64,000 nt of DNA from Thiomicrorhabdus sp. (lineage in GTDB: Bacteria > Pseudomonadota > Gammaproteobacteria > Thiomicrospirales > Thiomicrospiraceae), in the NCBI RefSeq assembly GCF_963662555.1, contig NZ_OY759719.1:576985-640984 (forward strand), given 5' to 3'. Below the pieces are notes generated by a model. The model did not search any database. It saw nothing but the letters and a program-made list of their open reading frames with translations, and was not told the origin of the DNA. Below are positions 20,739 through 29,510 of this stretch, piece after piece (positions within the stretch are counted from its first letter, which is position 1; each line of letters starts with the position of its first letter). The position numbers were made by a program, and so were the translations under genes.

Positions 20739-22010
20739 ATGATTGAAAGAGATGATATGACATTCCCTTTTGCGGAATATACACGCCGAATTAGTGAACT
20801 GCGTGCTCGGATGGCTGAACGCCTTTTGGATGCGGTTATTATTTCTGATGCAGAAAATATTATGTATCTAACGGATTACCAAACGACAGGTTACTCTTTT
20901 TTTCAGGCATTAGTTGTGCCGTTAGAAGGTGAGCCGTTTATGGTGACTCGCAAACTAGAAGAGTCAAATGTGATTCACCGTACTTGGGTAGAAATCACAC
21001 GTCCATATCCAGATACCGGTGATGCCATTCAAATGTTAGTGAGCTCATTGGTAGAGTTTGGACTTGCAGGCGGCACAATTGGTTATGAGCGTAACTCTTA
21101 TTATTTTAACGCTTATCAGCAAGATGTATTTAAAACAGCCTTTATGCGTAGCCGTTTAATGGATTGTTTTGGAATTGTTGAGCAGAGCCGAATTTGTAAG
21201 TCTGAATATGAATTAGCTGCCATGCAAAAGGCGGCCGTAGCCACAAAGGCAGGTATGCAAGCAGGTTTGGATATGGTGCAACCTGGGGTGACGGAAAACG
21301 AGATTGGTGCCGCTATCAGCCAGGCGATGTTTGCAGCTGGTGGAGAAATACCCGCAGTGATGCCTTATGTGACCTCTGGGCCGAGAACAATGATTGGACA
21401 CGCATCATGGGAGGGTAAAAAAGTTGAAGCAGGAGAGCACGTATTCTTAGAGGTAGGAGGTTGTTATCGACGTTATCATACCGCAATGATGCGAACCGCT
21501 ATTTGTGGCGAAATGTCTGACAGTATGTATCAAGCCCAAGAGAAAATGAAAAAAGCCCTGCGTTGGTTACAAACAGAGTTACGACCAGGTATGACAGTAT
21601 CAGAAGTAGATCGCATGGTACGTAGTATCCTGCATGAAAATAATGTTGGTGCACGCCTGATTACTCGATCTGGTTACTCTATTGGGATTGCGTTCCCTCC
21701 TTCTTGGGATGAAGGTTACATTCTGAGCTTAAACCAAGGGCAGTCAGATATCTTAAAACCAGGAATGACCTTTCATATAATTCCATGGTTATGGGGTGTT
21801 GATGGTGATAAGACTTGTGGTATATCAGACACTTTTTATATTACTGAAAAAGGTTGTGGCTCTTTCTTTGAAGACTTTGAAAGAGATTTTGTCATTAAGC
21901 CTGGTGGAGCAGAAAAGAGTAAAGGCAAATTAGTGACACCAATCAGTGCTAGCAAAGCTGAAGGTTCTGAAACGACTAATAAACAATCGAGTAATAAGAC
22001 AGCCAAATAA
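20739..22010 (+). CDS. M24 creatinase/prolidase-fold hydrolase, ectoine hydrolase (DoeA/EutD)-like
   Basis: 423 aa with a creatinase-type N-domain, an M24 pita-bread domain and a Lys/Ser-rich C-terminal tail. The function is inferred from its neighbours. Confidence 0.6.
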   Translation: MIERDDMTFPFAEYTRRISELRARMAERLLDAVIISDAENIMYLTDYQTTGYSFFQALVVPLEGEPFMVTRKLEESNVIHRTWVEITRPYPDTGDAIQMLVSSLVEFGLAGGTIGYERNSYYFNAYQQDVFKTAFMRSRLMDCFGIVEQSRICKSEYELAAMQKAAVATKAGMQAGLDMVQPGVTENEIGAAISQAMFAAGGEIPAVMPYVTSGPRTMIGHASWEGKKVEAGEHVFLEVGGCYRRYHTAMMRTAICGEMSDSMYQAQEKMKKALRWLQTELRPGMTVSEVDRMVRSILHENNVGARLITRSGYSIGIAFPPSWDEGYILSLNQGQSDILKPGMTFHIIPWLWGVDGDKTCGISDTFYITEKGCGSFFEDFERDFVIKPGGAEKSKGKLVTPISASKAEGSETTNKQSSNKTAK

Positions 22011-22019
22011 GGGGATGCC

Positions 22020-23408
22020 ATGTTAGTAGCGATTAACCCTTGCACGGGCCAAGAAGTGCACCGTTATCCAGCAATGGACGATTCACAGCTTAACGCGGCA
22101 ATAGAACAATCAGTTATCGCGTTTAAAAGTTGGAAGTTAACCGATTTTGATACCCGTAGAAAACTGTTAAATCGAGTTGCAGAAAAAATACGAGAAGATA
22201 AGGATGAGCTTGCTCTGCTCATGACTGTAGAGATGGGCAAGCCAATTAATGAGTCTTACGGCGAGCTCGAAAAATCTGCTTGGTGTGCAGAACACTATGC
22301 TGAAAATGGTGAAACCTATCTGTCATCAATCGATTTACCATCGGATGCCACCCACAGTTATGTACAACACCTGCCTTTAGGTACCATTCTTGGTATCTTG
22401 CCTTGGAATGCGCCATTTTGGTTAGCTTTCCGCTTTTGTGCTCCTGCCATTATGGCAGGTAATACCTGTTTGATGAAGCACGATGAACATGTTCCAGCGT
22501 GTGCAGAAGCCATTGCCAAGCTGTTCAGTGATGTTTCTGAAGAATTAGGCTTAACCCCAGGTATTATGCAAAACATTCCTATACATCGTGAGCAAGTAGA
22601 ATCTGTGATTAAACATGATGCAATTCAAGCCGTCTCTTTAACGGGCTCTAGTGGTGCGGGTAGTGCGGTGGCTTCTCTAGCGGCTTCACAAATTAAACCC
22701 GCAGTTCTTGAACTTGGCGGCTCTGATCCAAGCCTAGTGTTTGCAGATGCAGATATTGATGCGGCGGTGGAAGCATTGGTCATATCCAGAATTATCAATG
22801 CGGGTCAGTCTTGCATTGCAGCCAAACGCTTAATTGTGATGGATTCAGTTTATGATGAATTTGTGGATAAGCTTAAAGGCAAATTAGCCCAGTTAAAAAT
22901 GGGTGATCCTGCTGAAACAAGCACGCAAGTCGGGCCAATTGCTAGAGCCGACTTAAGAGAAGGTTTGCATCGCCAAGTACAAATGACTATTGATCAAGGT
23001 GGTAAATGTTTATTAGGTGGTGAGATGCCGGATGGCCCAGGATTTTTCTATCCGGTGACCTTGTTGGTTGACGTTACCCCTGATATGCAAGCCTCTTGTG
23101 AAGAAACGTTTGGCCCAATTGCGGTAGTCATGAAAGTTACATCAGAAGATGAGGCTATGCAAATAGCTAATGACACCCCTTACGGTTTAGCGGCTTCAAT
23201 TTGGACTGCAGATGTGGATAAAGCGGTTAAGTTAGCCCCTATGCTTGAAGCTGGCCAGGTCACTATAAATGGTATCGTTAAGAGTGATCCACGCTTGCCA
23301 AGTGGCGGTATTAAACGATCTGGCTACGGGCGTGAATTAGGCCCTCATGGAATCAAAGAGTTTGTGAATTATCAGCAAGTTTGGATAGGACCAAAAGTTG
23401 AGGTTTAA
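22020..23408 (+). CDS. NAD(P)-dependent aldehyde dehydrogenase (succinate/aspartate-semialdehyde dehydrogenase, DoeC-like)
   Basis: 462 aa with ELGGSDP and a catalytic Cys in GQSCIAAKR. Confidence 0.85.
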   Translation: MLVAINPCTGQEVHRYPAMDDSQLNAAIEQSVIAFKSWKLTDFDTRRKLLNRVAEKIREDKDELALLMTVEMGKPINESYGELEKSAWCAEHYAENGETYLSSIDLPSDATHSYVQHLPLGTILGILPWNAPFWLAFRFCAPAIMAGNTCLMKHDEHVPACAEAIAKLFSDVSEELGLTPGIMQNIPIHREQVESVIKHDAIQAVSLTGSSGAGSAVASLAASQIKPAVLELGGSDPSLVFADADIDAAVEALVISRIINAGQSCIAAKRLIVMDSVYDEFVDKLKGKLAQLKMGDPAETSTQVGPIARADLREGLHRQVQMTIDQGGKCLLGGEMPDGPGFFYPVTLLVDVTPDMQASCEETFGPIAVVMKVTSEDEAMQIANDTPYGLAASIWTADVDKAVKLAPMLEAGQVTINGIVKSDPRLPSGGIKRSGYGRELGPHGIKEFVNYQQVWIGPKVEV

Positions 23409-23454
23409 AAATGACTGAACCTCATAATGGATTTCTAATCACTCTGTCATTTAT

Positions 23455-23480
23455 GCACCGCTAATTAGCGGTGTTTTTTT
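23455..23480 (+). terminator. rho-independent terminator ending the 19-kb co-directional block
   Basis: caccgc-taatta-gcggtg followed by T7. Confidence 0.8.
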
Positions 23481-23593
23481 ATTCTATAAAATTCCTATTA
23501 ATCTAGATACTTATTGCTAAAGTTAATAACCGCAATACTTGGTCAAGAAGAGATTGTTACATTCGATTTTGGATAAAGAGTTTTCAGTTTTTA

Positions 23594-23603
23594 CCAGGCC
23601 TGG
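23594..23603. repeat. CCAGGCCTGG palindrome, exact copy
   Basis: Intergenic. It extends to the 16-bp palindrome TTACCAGGCCTGGTAA (23591-23606). Confidence 0.95.
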
Positions 23604-23750
23604 TAATTTAATTTGGACTGTTTTAAACGCTGAAAGTAATAACTAGCAGTAGTTGTATTAACAACGACAAGTGCCATCTTAGGTAATTTTAGTTATCTAG
23701 GGACAGTCTCTTTAATTTTATTAAGGGTAAAAACTAAAAATTTTAGACAT

Positions 23751-23786
23751 AAAAAAACCCCGATTGACGAATCAATCGAGGTTTTT
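23751..23786 (-). terminator. terminator downstream of tRNA-Leu (potentially bidirectional)
   Basis: A7-ccccgattga-cgaa-tcaatcgagg-T5. This is a 10-bp stem with one mismatch and a T-run on both strands. Confidence 0.7.
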
Positions 23787-23790
23787 GAAT

Positions 23791-23874
<84 letters not shown>

Positions 23875-23913
23875 GAATAAGATGTTTAATAAATTAAACA
23901 CCTTATTAAAATA

Positions 23914-23989
23914 TGGTGGCCACACCTGGAATCGAACCAGGGACACAGGGATTTTCAATCCCTTGCTCTACCGACTGAGCTATGTGGCC
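23914..23989 (-). tRNA. tRNA-Phe (anticodon GAA)
   Basis: Folded by hand, 76 nt. ggccaca..gctcagtcggtagagc..aggga-tt-GAA-aa-tccct..cctgg-ttcgatt-ccagg-tgtggcc-a-cca. Confidence 0.95.
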
Positions 23990-24344
23990 AAAATAGAATG
24001 GGCGTATTATATGGATGGGCTCTGCGACTGTCAAATTTTATTTTGAAATAATATGATTTTATTCTGTGTGCCCAAATTATGTCTATTTTGAGCATAGATA
24101 TTCTTTGAGTATTCAGTGGCCTTGAAAGAGATTACATGAGGATAGGATGAGTGCAGCTCTATCGTACTTGGTTTAAAGCCCTGTCTATTTTTTAAAATTG
24201 TGTTCTAAGTCTTCACCCATTGTTTAGCTATCTCTATCCATAGACTACTTTCGCAGTCACTTATAGGAAAGTCCAATTATTATCAATGGGTCAGGCCCTC
24301 TATAATCAAAATCGTGACTTGATTTTTAATAGAGGTAACGCATT

Positions 24345-24671
24345 ATGGCCATTCAATATTCTCCTGTAGCTGAACAAGCTAAAAGAACGGCTCACACCGT
24401 AAATGAGCCAAACCAAAAAACCGCGACTAAAAGTCCATCTAGGTTAATTGAATTTACCCAAAAAGAGGTCGACATGATGCCTGGCGATTGGCAAGAAGCG
24501 GGTAACCCTTCTCCTTATGAATTGCGTATGACTATTGCTACCTGTAAGCGTTTATGGCAGCTGAACCAAGCTGCAATGAAACACCCTGATTGCGATCAGC
24601 AAGTTACCGCAGAAAACATTAAACGCTTGGAGCGTTTATACATCAACCTTATGGATTACCTAGTTGAATAA
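24345..24671 (+). CDS. hypothetical small soluble protein (108 aa)
   Basis: It has a good Shine-Dalgarno (gaggt, 8-12 nt upstream) and a strong terminator directly downstream. I recognise no family. Confidence 0.5.
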   Translation: MAIQYSPVAEQAKRTAHTVNEPNQKTATKSPSRLIEFTQKEVDMMPGDWQEAGNPSPYELRMTIATCKRLWQLNQAAMKHPDCDQQVTAENIKRLERLYINLMDYLVE

Positions 24672-24686
24672 TCTTTTAATCAAAAT

Positions 24687-24710
24687 GCCCCGTTTTACGG
24701 GGCTTTTTTT
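24687..24710 (+). terminator. rho-independent terminator
   Basis: gccccg-tttta-cggggc followed by T7. Confidence 0.85.
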
Positions 24711-25011
24711 GGTTTAAATTTTGGATGGGTTATCTTGTCTAAATTTAATTCGAACGTAGATGGTGTTATTGCCATTTTTTTAATTGAGACAGTAACGTAG
24801 GGTGACGGTCTTATTTTTTTTGGGGGGGGAATAGGAATATCGCGGTGAAAATTTTTTGAGGCATAAAAAAAGGCCTAACCAAATAGAGCGATTTTTTGCT
24901 CTACTAAGTTAAACCTTCAGTTTAAGTTTTATGGACTAAGCTTGAGTTTAGAAGTGATGAGAAAACATTTTTCATAATGTTTTTTCATGCTTTTGGTTTT
25001 TATATTTTTGG

Positions 25012-27435
25012 TTAAGCCACTTCTAACCATTGCTTGCCATTGAAGCGTTGAATATTTCCGTTACGGTCCCAACTAAACAAATACAACCATTCGTTTTCTA
25101 TTAAGTTACTTACGCTTTCATGTTTTGCAGCAATCTCAGCAATAGCTTCTTGTGGTGCATCAATGTATACACTGAGACGTAAAGGTTCGTGCATCCAATC
25201 TTCACCGTTGTGAATTGATTGCATGGTTAAACCTATCCGTAAATCGCCACCATTACCTTCAAACACACCTATATTGCCACCTACGACATTTTGCAACACT
25301 TTGTTACCACTGCCATATTTATAGTTGTCACAAACTGAGGCGTAATATTGCAGGTTGATCCAGTTTGTCACTACCATTGGTGCGGTCATAATCAGTTCTA
25401 GCAAACTGAAGTCGGTATCATTTTCGGCTTTATAGTCATGTAAAAAACTGCGACCTTGCAGGTTTAAATGTTGCGTACGTTGACGCGGGGCAACAATAAA
25501 GGATGCGTTATTGGCTAACCCCCATTCTGGTCGAACCTGAGACCAGTCTTTTGTTCTACCACGAATCTCTTTATGAAGAGCTTCACCTTGAAGATGCGTT
25601 AAACCTAAACGAGTTGATCTCTCTTGTCTTGCTAAGTTAGCCGCTTCTTCTAACCAGTCTTGTAATTCACTGTCCACTTCGTCAATGTCAAAGCATTGAA
25701 TGTCATCGGTGGTGGTATTGTGAAGGGCGGCAATAAATTGCGTTTCTTCCGGTATTTCAATACCTTGTGATTTTAAGCCTGCGCGAATTTCAGCCTGGTT
25801 AAGCAAGTAGGCTAATACTCTTACGTTAAGCTCTCCGGTTTGACCACCACAGGCACCGCAGTCTAAACCTGCTGCAAACGGGTTGTTACAGGTTTGGCTG
25901 CCATGACCCACTAACATGACATATTTGGCAAGGTTTTGGTCTAGGCCCATAGCTTTCAAAATCCCACCAGCTAACTCAACTTGTTGCTCAGTGGTAAGAG
26001 GCAAATCATTTTGTGTAAGTTGCCATGCCTTTCCTAGGTCTAGATCATTTACAGGGTGTTGATGTGCCTCTGGAAAGAGCGTATTACGCAATAACTTAAA
26101 GGCATACAGTAAACCACTCGCTTCGACCATACTGAATGTAGCGGGTGCTGAACTTCCCCAATCTAACCAACGTGCTTTTCGGTTAAAAACCGATTTTTGC
26201 TGACTGAGTTCTGATTCGTTCAATATCGGTGTTAACCGAACAGAAGGTTTTAGCAGGCCTGGTAACTGTGGTCTCACTAAAGAACTCCCCGGTGCTTGAT
26301 ATTCAATGGGTAGACCAAAGAAACCTGCAAACCCTAAGGTTTGAATACGAGCATCTTGGGCTTCAAAAGCACGACGAATGACTTCAGAGCGAACATCAAT
26401 ACAAAACGCTGCCTGTACAATGGCTTTGGGTGGAGCTTCTGGCTTTGGTTTTTGCATTTGTTGATGCAAAGAATCCTGATACGCTAGCTCAGCCGCACGT
26501 TGCCATATCCAAGTGATTTGTTGGGCATGTGCATTGGACTCTTTTAGAGCATCTCTCCTAGCCATCTGGTGACGCCATAAGAATTTTAGTTCTCCAAAGA
26601 CACTCTTGTTTTTTTGTTTTTGATAGCTCCAAAGCACCCATTCCCAAGCCATACGTATAGCTAAAAGTTCCATCATTTGGTCTTTTGGTGTCTCATTTAA
26701 ACGACCTTGCCAACGTACATAAGCAACCCAAGATGCCCAGCCGTTAATATCCAGTAAAAGGGCATGAGCGTAATCAGTTAGAGCTTCTGTATCAATGTCT
26801 AAGTCATCTAAAGCCATAGCAATTAGAGCTTCAGCCGTATCTGGAAGCTGTTCAAACACTTCAGTTAAGCCCGGCTCATCCATGACAATTTCTATTCCTT
26901 TGTCGGCATGAGTGGCTTTGAGCCAGCTTAAATACAGGCTTTCATTGCCATTACTGAACTGGCTATAAACCTCTGAATCGTGATAATAGAATGCACAAAA
27001 TTGACTGATTTGATGTGTTATTTCATCACGCCAAGCCATCTTGTGAAGACGGTTACGACCGCTGTCCATTAAGTCACTGATATTGTGCCAATGGGCTGCT
27101 TCATCGTGAGAAAGTAGGTGTGATTCACACATGCGAATATCAATCTCTAACCCAGATTCATCAATTGATTTTTGTAGATGTTCAGGCTGAATACGTTCCA
27201 TCCACAAAGATTCAAAGTAGGTTTTACTTGGCAAGCAATTAATTTGTGATAAAGCCGCCAAGTGTGATGCTACGTCTTTAAAAGGCTTGTGACGTTGCTC
27301 CCACCAAGGGTTTACCGCAATCCACTGATCTAAAGGCCAGGTTGGGGCAATTAAATCAGAGGCGGTCCTAATAGCTGCAATGTGTGCTTCTTGCAAGCGA
27401 GGCGGTGATTTGATGTCTATAGAAACATTTTTCAT
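25012..27435 (-). CDS. dabA: DabA, DUF2309 beta-carbonic-anhydrase-like subunit of the DAB inorganic-carbon pump
   Basis: 807 aa with the conserved motifs FCIDVRSE and GHGSQT...LDCGACGG (Zn ligands in characterised DabA). It overlaps dabB by 4 nt. Confidence 0.9.
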   Translation of the reverse strand: MKNVSIDIKSPPRLQEAHIAAIRTASDLIAPTWPLDQWIAVNPWWEQRHKPFKDVASHLAALSQINCLPSKTYFESLWMERIQPEHLQKSIDESGLEIDIRMCESHLLSHDEAAHWHNISDLMDSGRNRLHKMAWRDEITHQISQFCAFYYHDSEVYSQFSNGNESLYLSWLKATHADKGIEIVMDEPGLTEVFEQLPDTAEALIAMALDDLDIDTEALTDYAHALLLDINGWASWVAYVRWQGRLNETPKDQMMELLAIRMAWEWVLWSYQKQKNKSVFGELKFLWRHQMARRDALKESNAHAQQITWIWQRAAELAYQDSLHQQMQKPKPEAPPKAIVQAAFCIDVRSEVIRRAFEAQDARIQTLGFAGFFGLPIEYQAPGSSLVRPQLPGLLKPSVRLTPILNESELSQQKSVFNRKARWLDWGSSAPATFSMVEASGLLYAFKLLRNTLFPEAHQHPVNDLDLGKAWQLTQNDLPLTTEQQVELAGGILKAMGLDQNLAKYVMLVGHGSQTCNNPFAAGLDCGACGGQTGELNVRVLAYLLNQAEIRAGLKSQGIEIPEETQFIAALHNTTTDDIQCFDIDEVDSELQDWLEEAANLARQERSTRLGLTHLQGEALHKEIRGRTKDWSQVRPEWGLANNASFIVAPRQRTQHLNLQGRSFLHDYKAENDTDFSLLELIMTAPMVVTNWINLQYYASVCDNYKYGSGNKVLQNVVGGNIGVFEGNGGDLRIGLTMQSIHNGEDWMHEPLRLSVYIDAPQEAIAEIAAKHESVSNLIENEWLYLFSWDRNGNIQRFNGKQWLEVA

Positions 27436-28997
27436 TGAATCATCTCCTTTTCAGGTATTTGCAGTTGTTTTGGATTCACCCTGACTGGTAAACGTTTTGG
27501 GAACAGTTTTAAGTTAAGACGAGTTACCCATTCATCTAAATAAAACCCAGCGTATAAATCGACTCTAAAGTGCACAATTTTTGGATGGTTTGGCCAATAT
27601 CGCATTACCCAATACAGTAATAGAAATATCACTAATAACAGGCCAATCAAAAGGTCACCCCATACTCCTGTGGCAGGCGGCATTTGATGAACAATGAACC
27701 CCGCACCATATTTTTGTAAGCTATAAGCCGTGATTAAAATAACAGCCATACTCAATACCCCAAGTAAACTCCCTTTTTGGGTGCGACTGTCTTTTTCGGC
27801 CAATAAAATCATAATGGCAATACCAAGGAGTAACCATGGGCTATAAGGGCCTGATAAGCCAAATGACATAATAATGATTGCGACAAAACCAAAGGCAAAT
27901 ACAGCACTGATCAACCATTGAGTCACAACCGGCATTTTTGGTAAGGCCAAACGGCGTTTTAAATCGGTCTCCACTTCGGTACCAGAGTTTAAGAATGCAT
28001 AGGCCTTGTAACAAGAGTGAGTAACCAAGTGTAATAGTGCTAACTCATACAACCCTAAACCACACTCAACCAACATTAATCCCATTTGCGACATGGTAGA
28101 CCAAGCCAAACGCACTTTGATACTAACCTTAGTCATCATAACTAACGCCGCCACCACCGTGGTTAGACCGCCCACAATTAACAGCAACCATTGGGCAACC
28201 GCAGACTGCATGATGAGTGGGGCAAACAGAATCATTAAGAAGCCACCCAGGTTAATAATCCCTGCGTGCAATAATGCCGATACCGGAGTTGGGGCCTCGA
28301 CCACTTGAATTAACCAACCATGCAAAGGTAATTGAGCACACTTAATTAAGGCCGTTAGAGCTAATAAAATGGCGGCAATCTGCATAGTAAAAGATAACTC
28401 TGGTTGAGATTCCATTGCTTTATAAACATCGCTAATTAACCAAGAACCAGTTTCGTAATGTAAAAGTAAAATGGCTATGAACAAGGTAAATTCTGCAATA
28501 CGAGCAAAAATAAATTTTTTATATGCTGCTAATACTGCACGTTGACGTTGTGGATAAAACACCAAAAGCTTGTGAAGGCTGCTGCTAATCGCTACCCAAG
28601 CGGCCAGTAAAATGAGTAAATGATTACTAATTACCACAACGGTTACTGCGGCTAAAGCCATCATTAGCCAACGTAAAAAACGAGCTTCTTCTTCTGCATT
28701 ACCTGACATATAGGTTTCAGAGAAACGCACATTGATGAGTGCAATAAAGCTGATTAAAATCAACATAATCACACTGCTATTTGAAGGGTTTAACCATCCC
28801 TCATTTTGAATGAGAGATAAAGATACTCCGTTGGAGACCACTAATAAACCAAATACGACTGACATAGCAAACGTTAGCCCAGTGATCCACTTAGCCATCT
28901 TCCAATTAACCCTATAAAGGTTTGTGCCTGCTCCTATTAAAAAGAGCAGGGGTATGGCATAGATTAAAATTGACCAAACAATTTGTATATTCATCAT
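27432..28997 (-). CDS. dabB: DabB, NuoL/MnhA-like proton-conducting membrane subunit
   Basis: 521 aa polytopic membrane protein of the PF00361 type, translationally coupled to dabA. Confidence 0.9.
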   Translation of the reverse strand: MMNIQIVWSILIYAIPLLFLIGAGTNLYRVNWKMAKWITGLTFAMSVVFGLLVVSNGVSLSLIQNEGWLNPSNSSVIMLILISFIALINVRFSETYMSGNAEEEARFLRWLMMALAAVTVVVISNHLLILLAAWVAISSSLHKLLVFYPQRQRAVLAAYKKFIFARIAEFTLFIAILLLHYETGSWLISDVYKAMESQPELSFTMQIAAILLALTALIKCAQLPLHGWLIQVVEAPTPVSALLHAGIINLGGFLMILFAPLIMQSAVAQWLLLIVGGLTTVVAALVMMTKVSIKVRLAWSTMSQMGLMLVECGLGLYELALLHLVTHSCYKAYAFLNSGTEVETDLKRRLALPKMPVVTQWLISAVFAFGFVAIIIMSFGLSGPYSPWLLLGIAIMILLAEKDSRTQKGSLLGVLSMAVILITAYSLQKYGAGFIVHQMPPATGVWGDLLIGLLLVIFLLLYWVMRYWPNHPKIVHFRVDLYAGFYLDEWVTRLNLKLFPKRLPVRVNPKQLQIPEKEMIQ

Positions 28998-29285
28998 AAA
29001 CTCCTAATCTTTTTCATATATCGTTTGTTGATGCTTTTACTTAGGATGAATATTAGTGAAGTTTGTATGCGATGAATAATTGATATATCCAATAAGTACT
29101 ATAGAGAACTCCCAATTTGAAGACGTTTTTGCATGCAAATCATAAAATTGGCTTACTAGATAAAACGCCATAGACCACATAAAACGTAATTTAGAAAATC
29201 TTGTTAATACAATCCAAAACAGATCAAACAGAAAACACAAAAGCAAAAGAGGATGCGGTGTACAGAGAGCATAAGAATATATAAA

Positions 29286-29303
29286 TCGATAGTGTCGATA
29301 GTG
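29286..29303. repeat. tandem direct repeat TCGATAGTG x2 in the dab / ligase divergent control region
   Basis: Two exact 9-bp copies abut, and a related TCGTGATAAG lies 8 bp further on. Confidence 0.6.
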
Positions 29304-29336
29304 ATTTAAATCGTGATAAGTTCAGTTAACCTATGA

Positions 29337-29346
29337 CCAGGCCTGG
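29337..29346. repeat. CCAGGCCTGG palindrome, exact copy
   Basis: Intergenic, in the dabB / O-antigen-ligase divergent region. Confidence 0.95.
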
Positions 29347-29510
29347 CAAAAAGGATAAAGACAGTTTTGTATAAGGCATCTAGATATTTAGTCTAAATGT
29401 TAACTTAAAACTTAAATAATTAAATGCGAATAGTCGGCGGTTTAAATTTAAGTAATCCTCCTAATGGTCTACAATGTTTTATCTTATGGTAGATTGCCGT
29501 TCAGTTAATT

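Noticed and set aside
24884-24903. The hairpin tagagc-gatttttt-gctcta as the dabA terminator.
   Set aside because: It has only a 6-bp stem with an 8-nt loop and a weak downstream T tract on the minus strand. That is too weak to call.
29037-29246. A 69-aa hydrophobic ORF (TTG start) immediately upstream of dabB on the same strand. It could in principle be a small membrane subunit.
   Set aside because: It has a weak start codon and no SD, and its composition (F/L/I/Y/N/K) is what AT-rich non-coding DNA yields by chance. It is worth a conservation check but not reportable as a gene.
29427-29434. GGCGGTTT, which resembles the RfaH ops element (GGCGGTAG) near the polysaccharide genes. I also looked for ops/JUMPstart in 52575-53334 and 34968-35312.
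   Set aside because: It is not an exact ops match, and I found no exact GGCGGTAG or CTACCGCC in the leaders I scanned.
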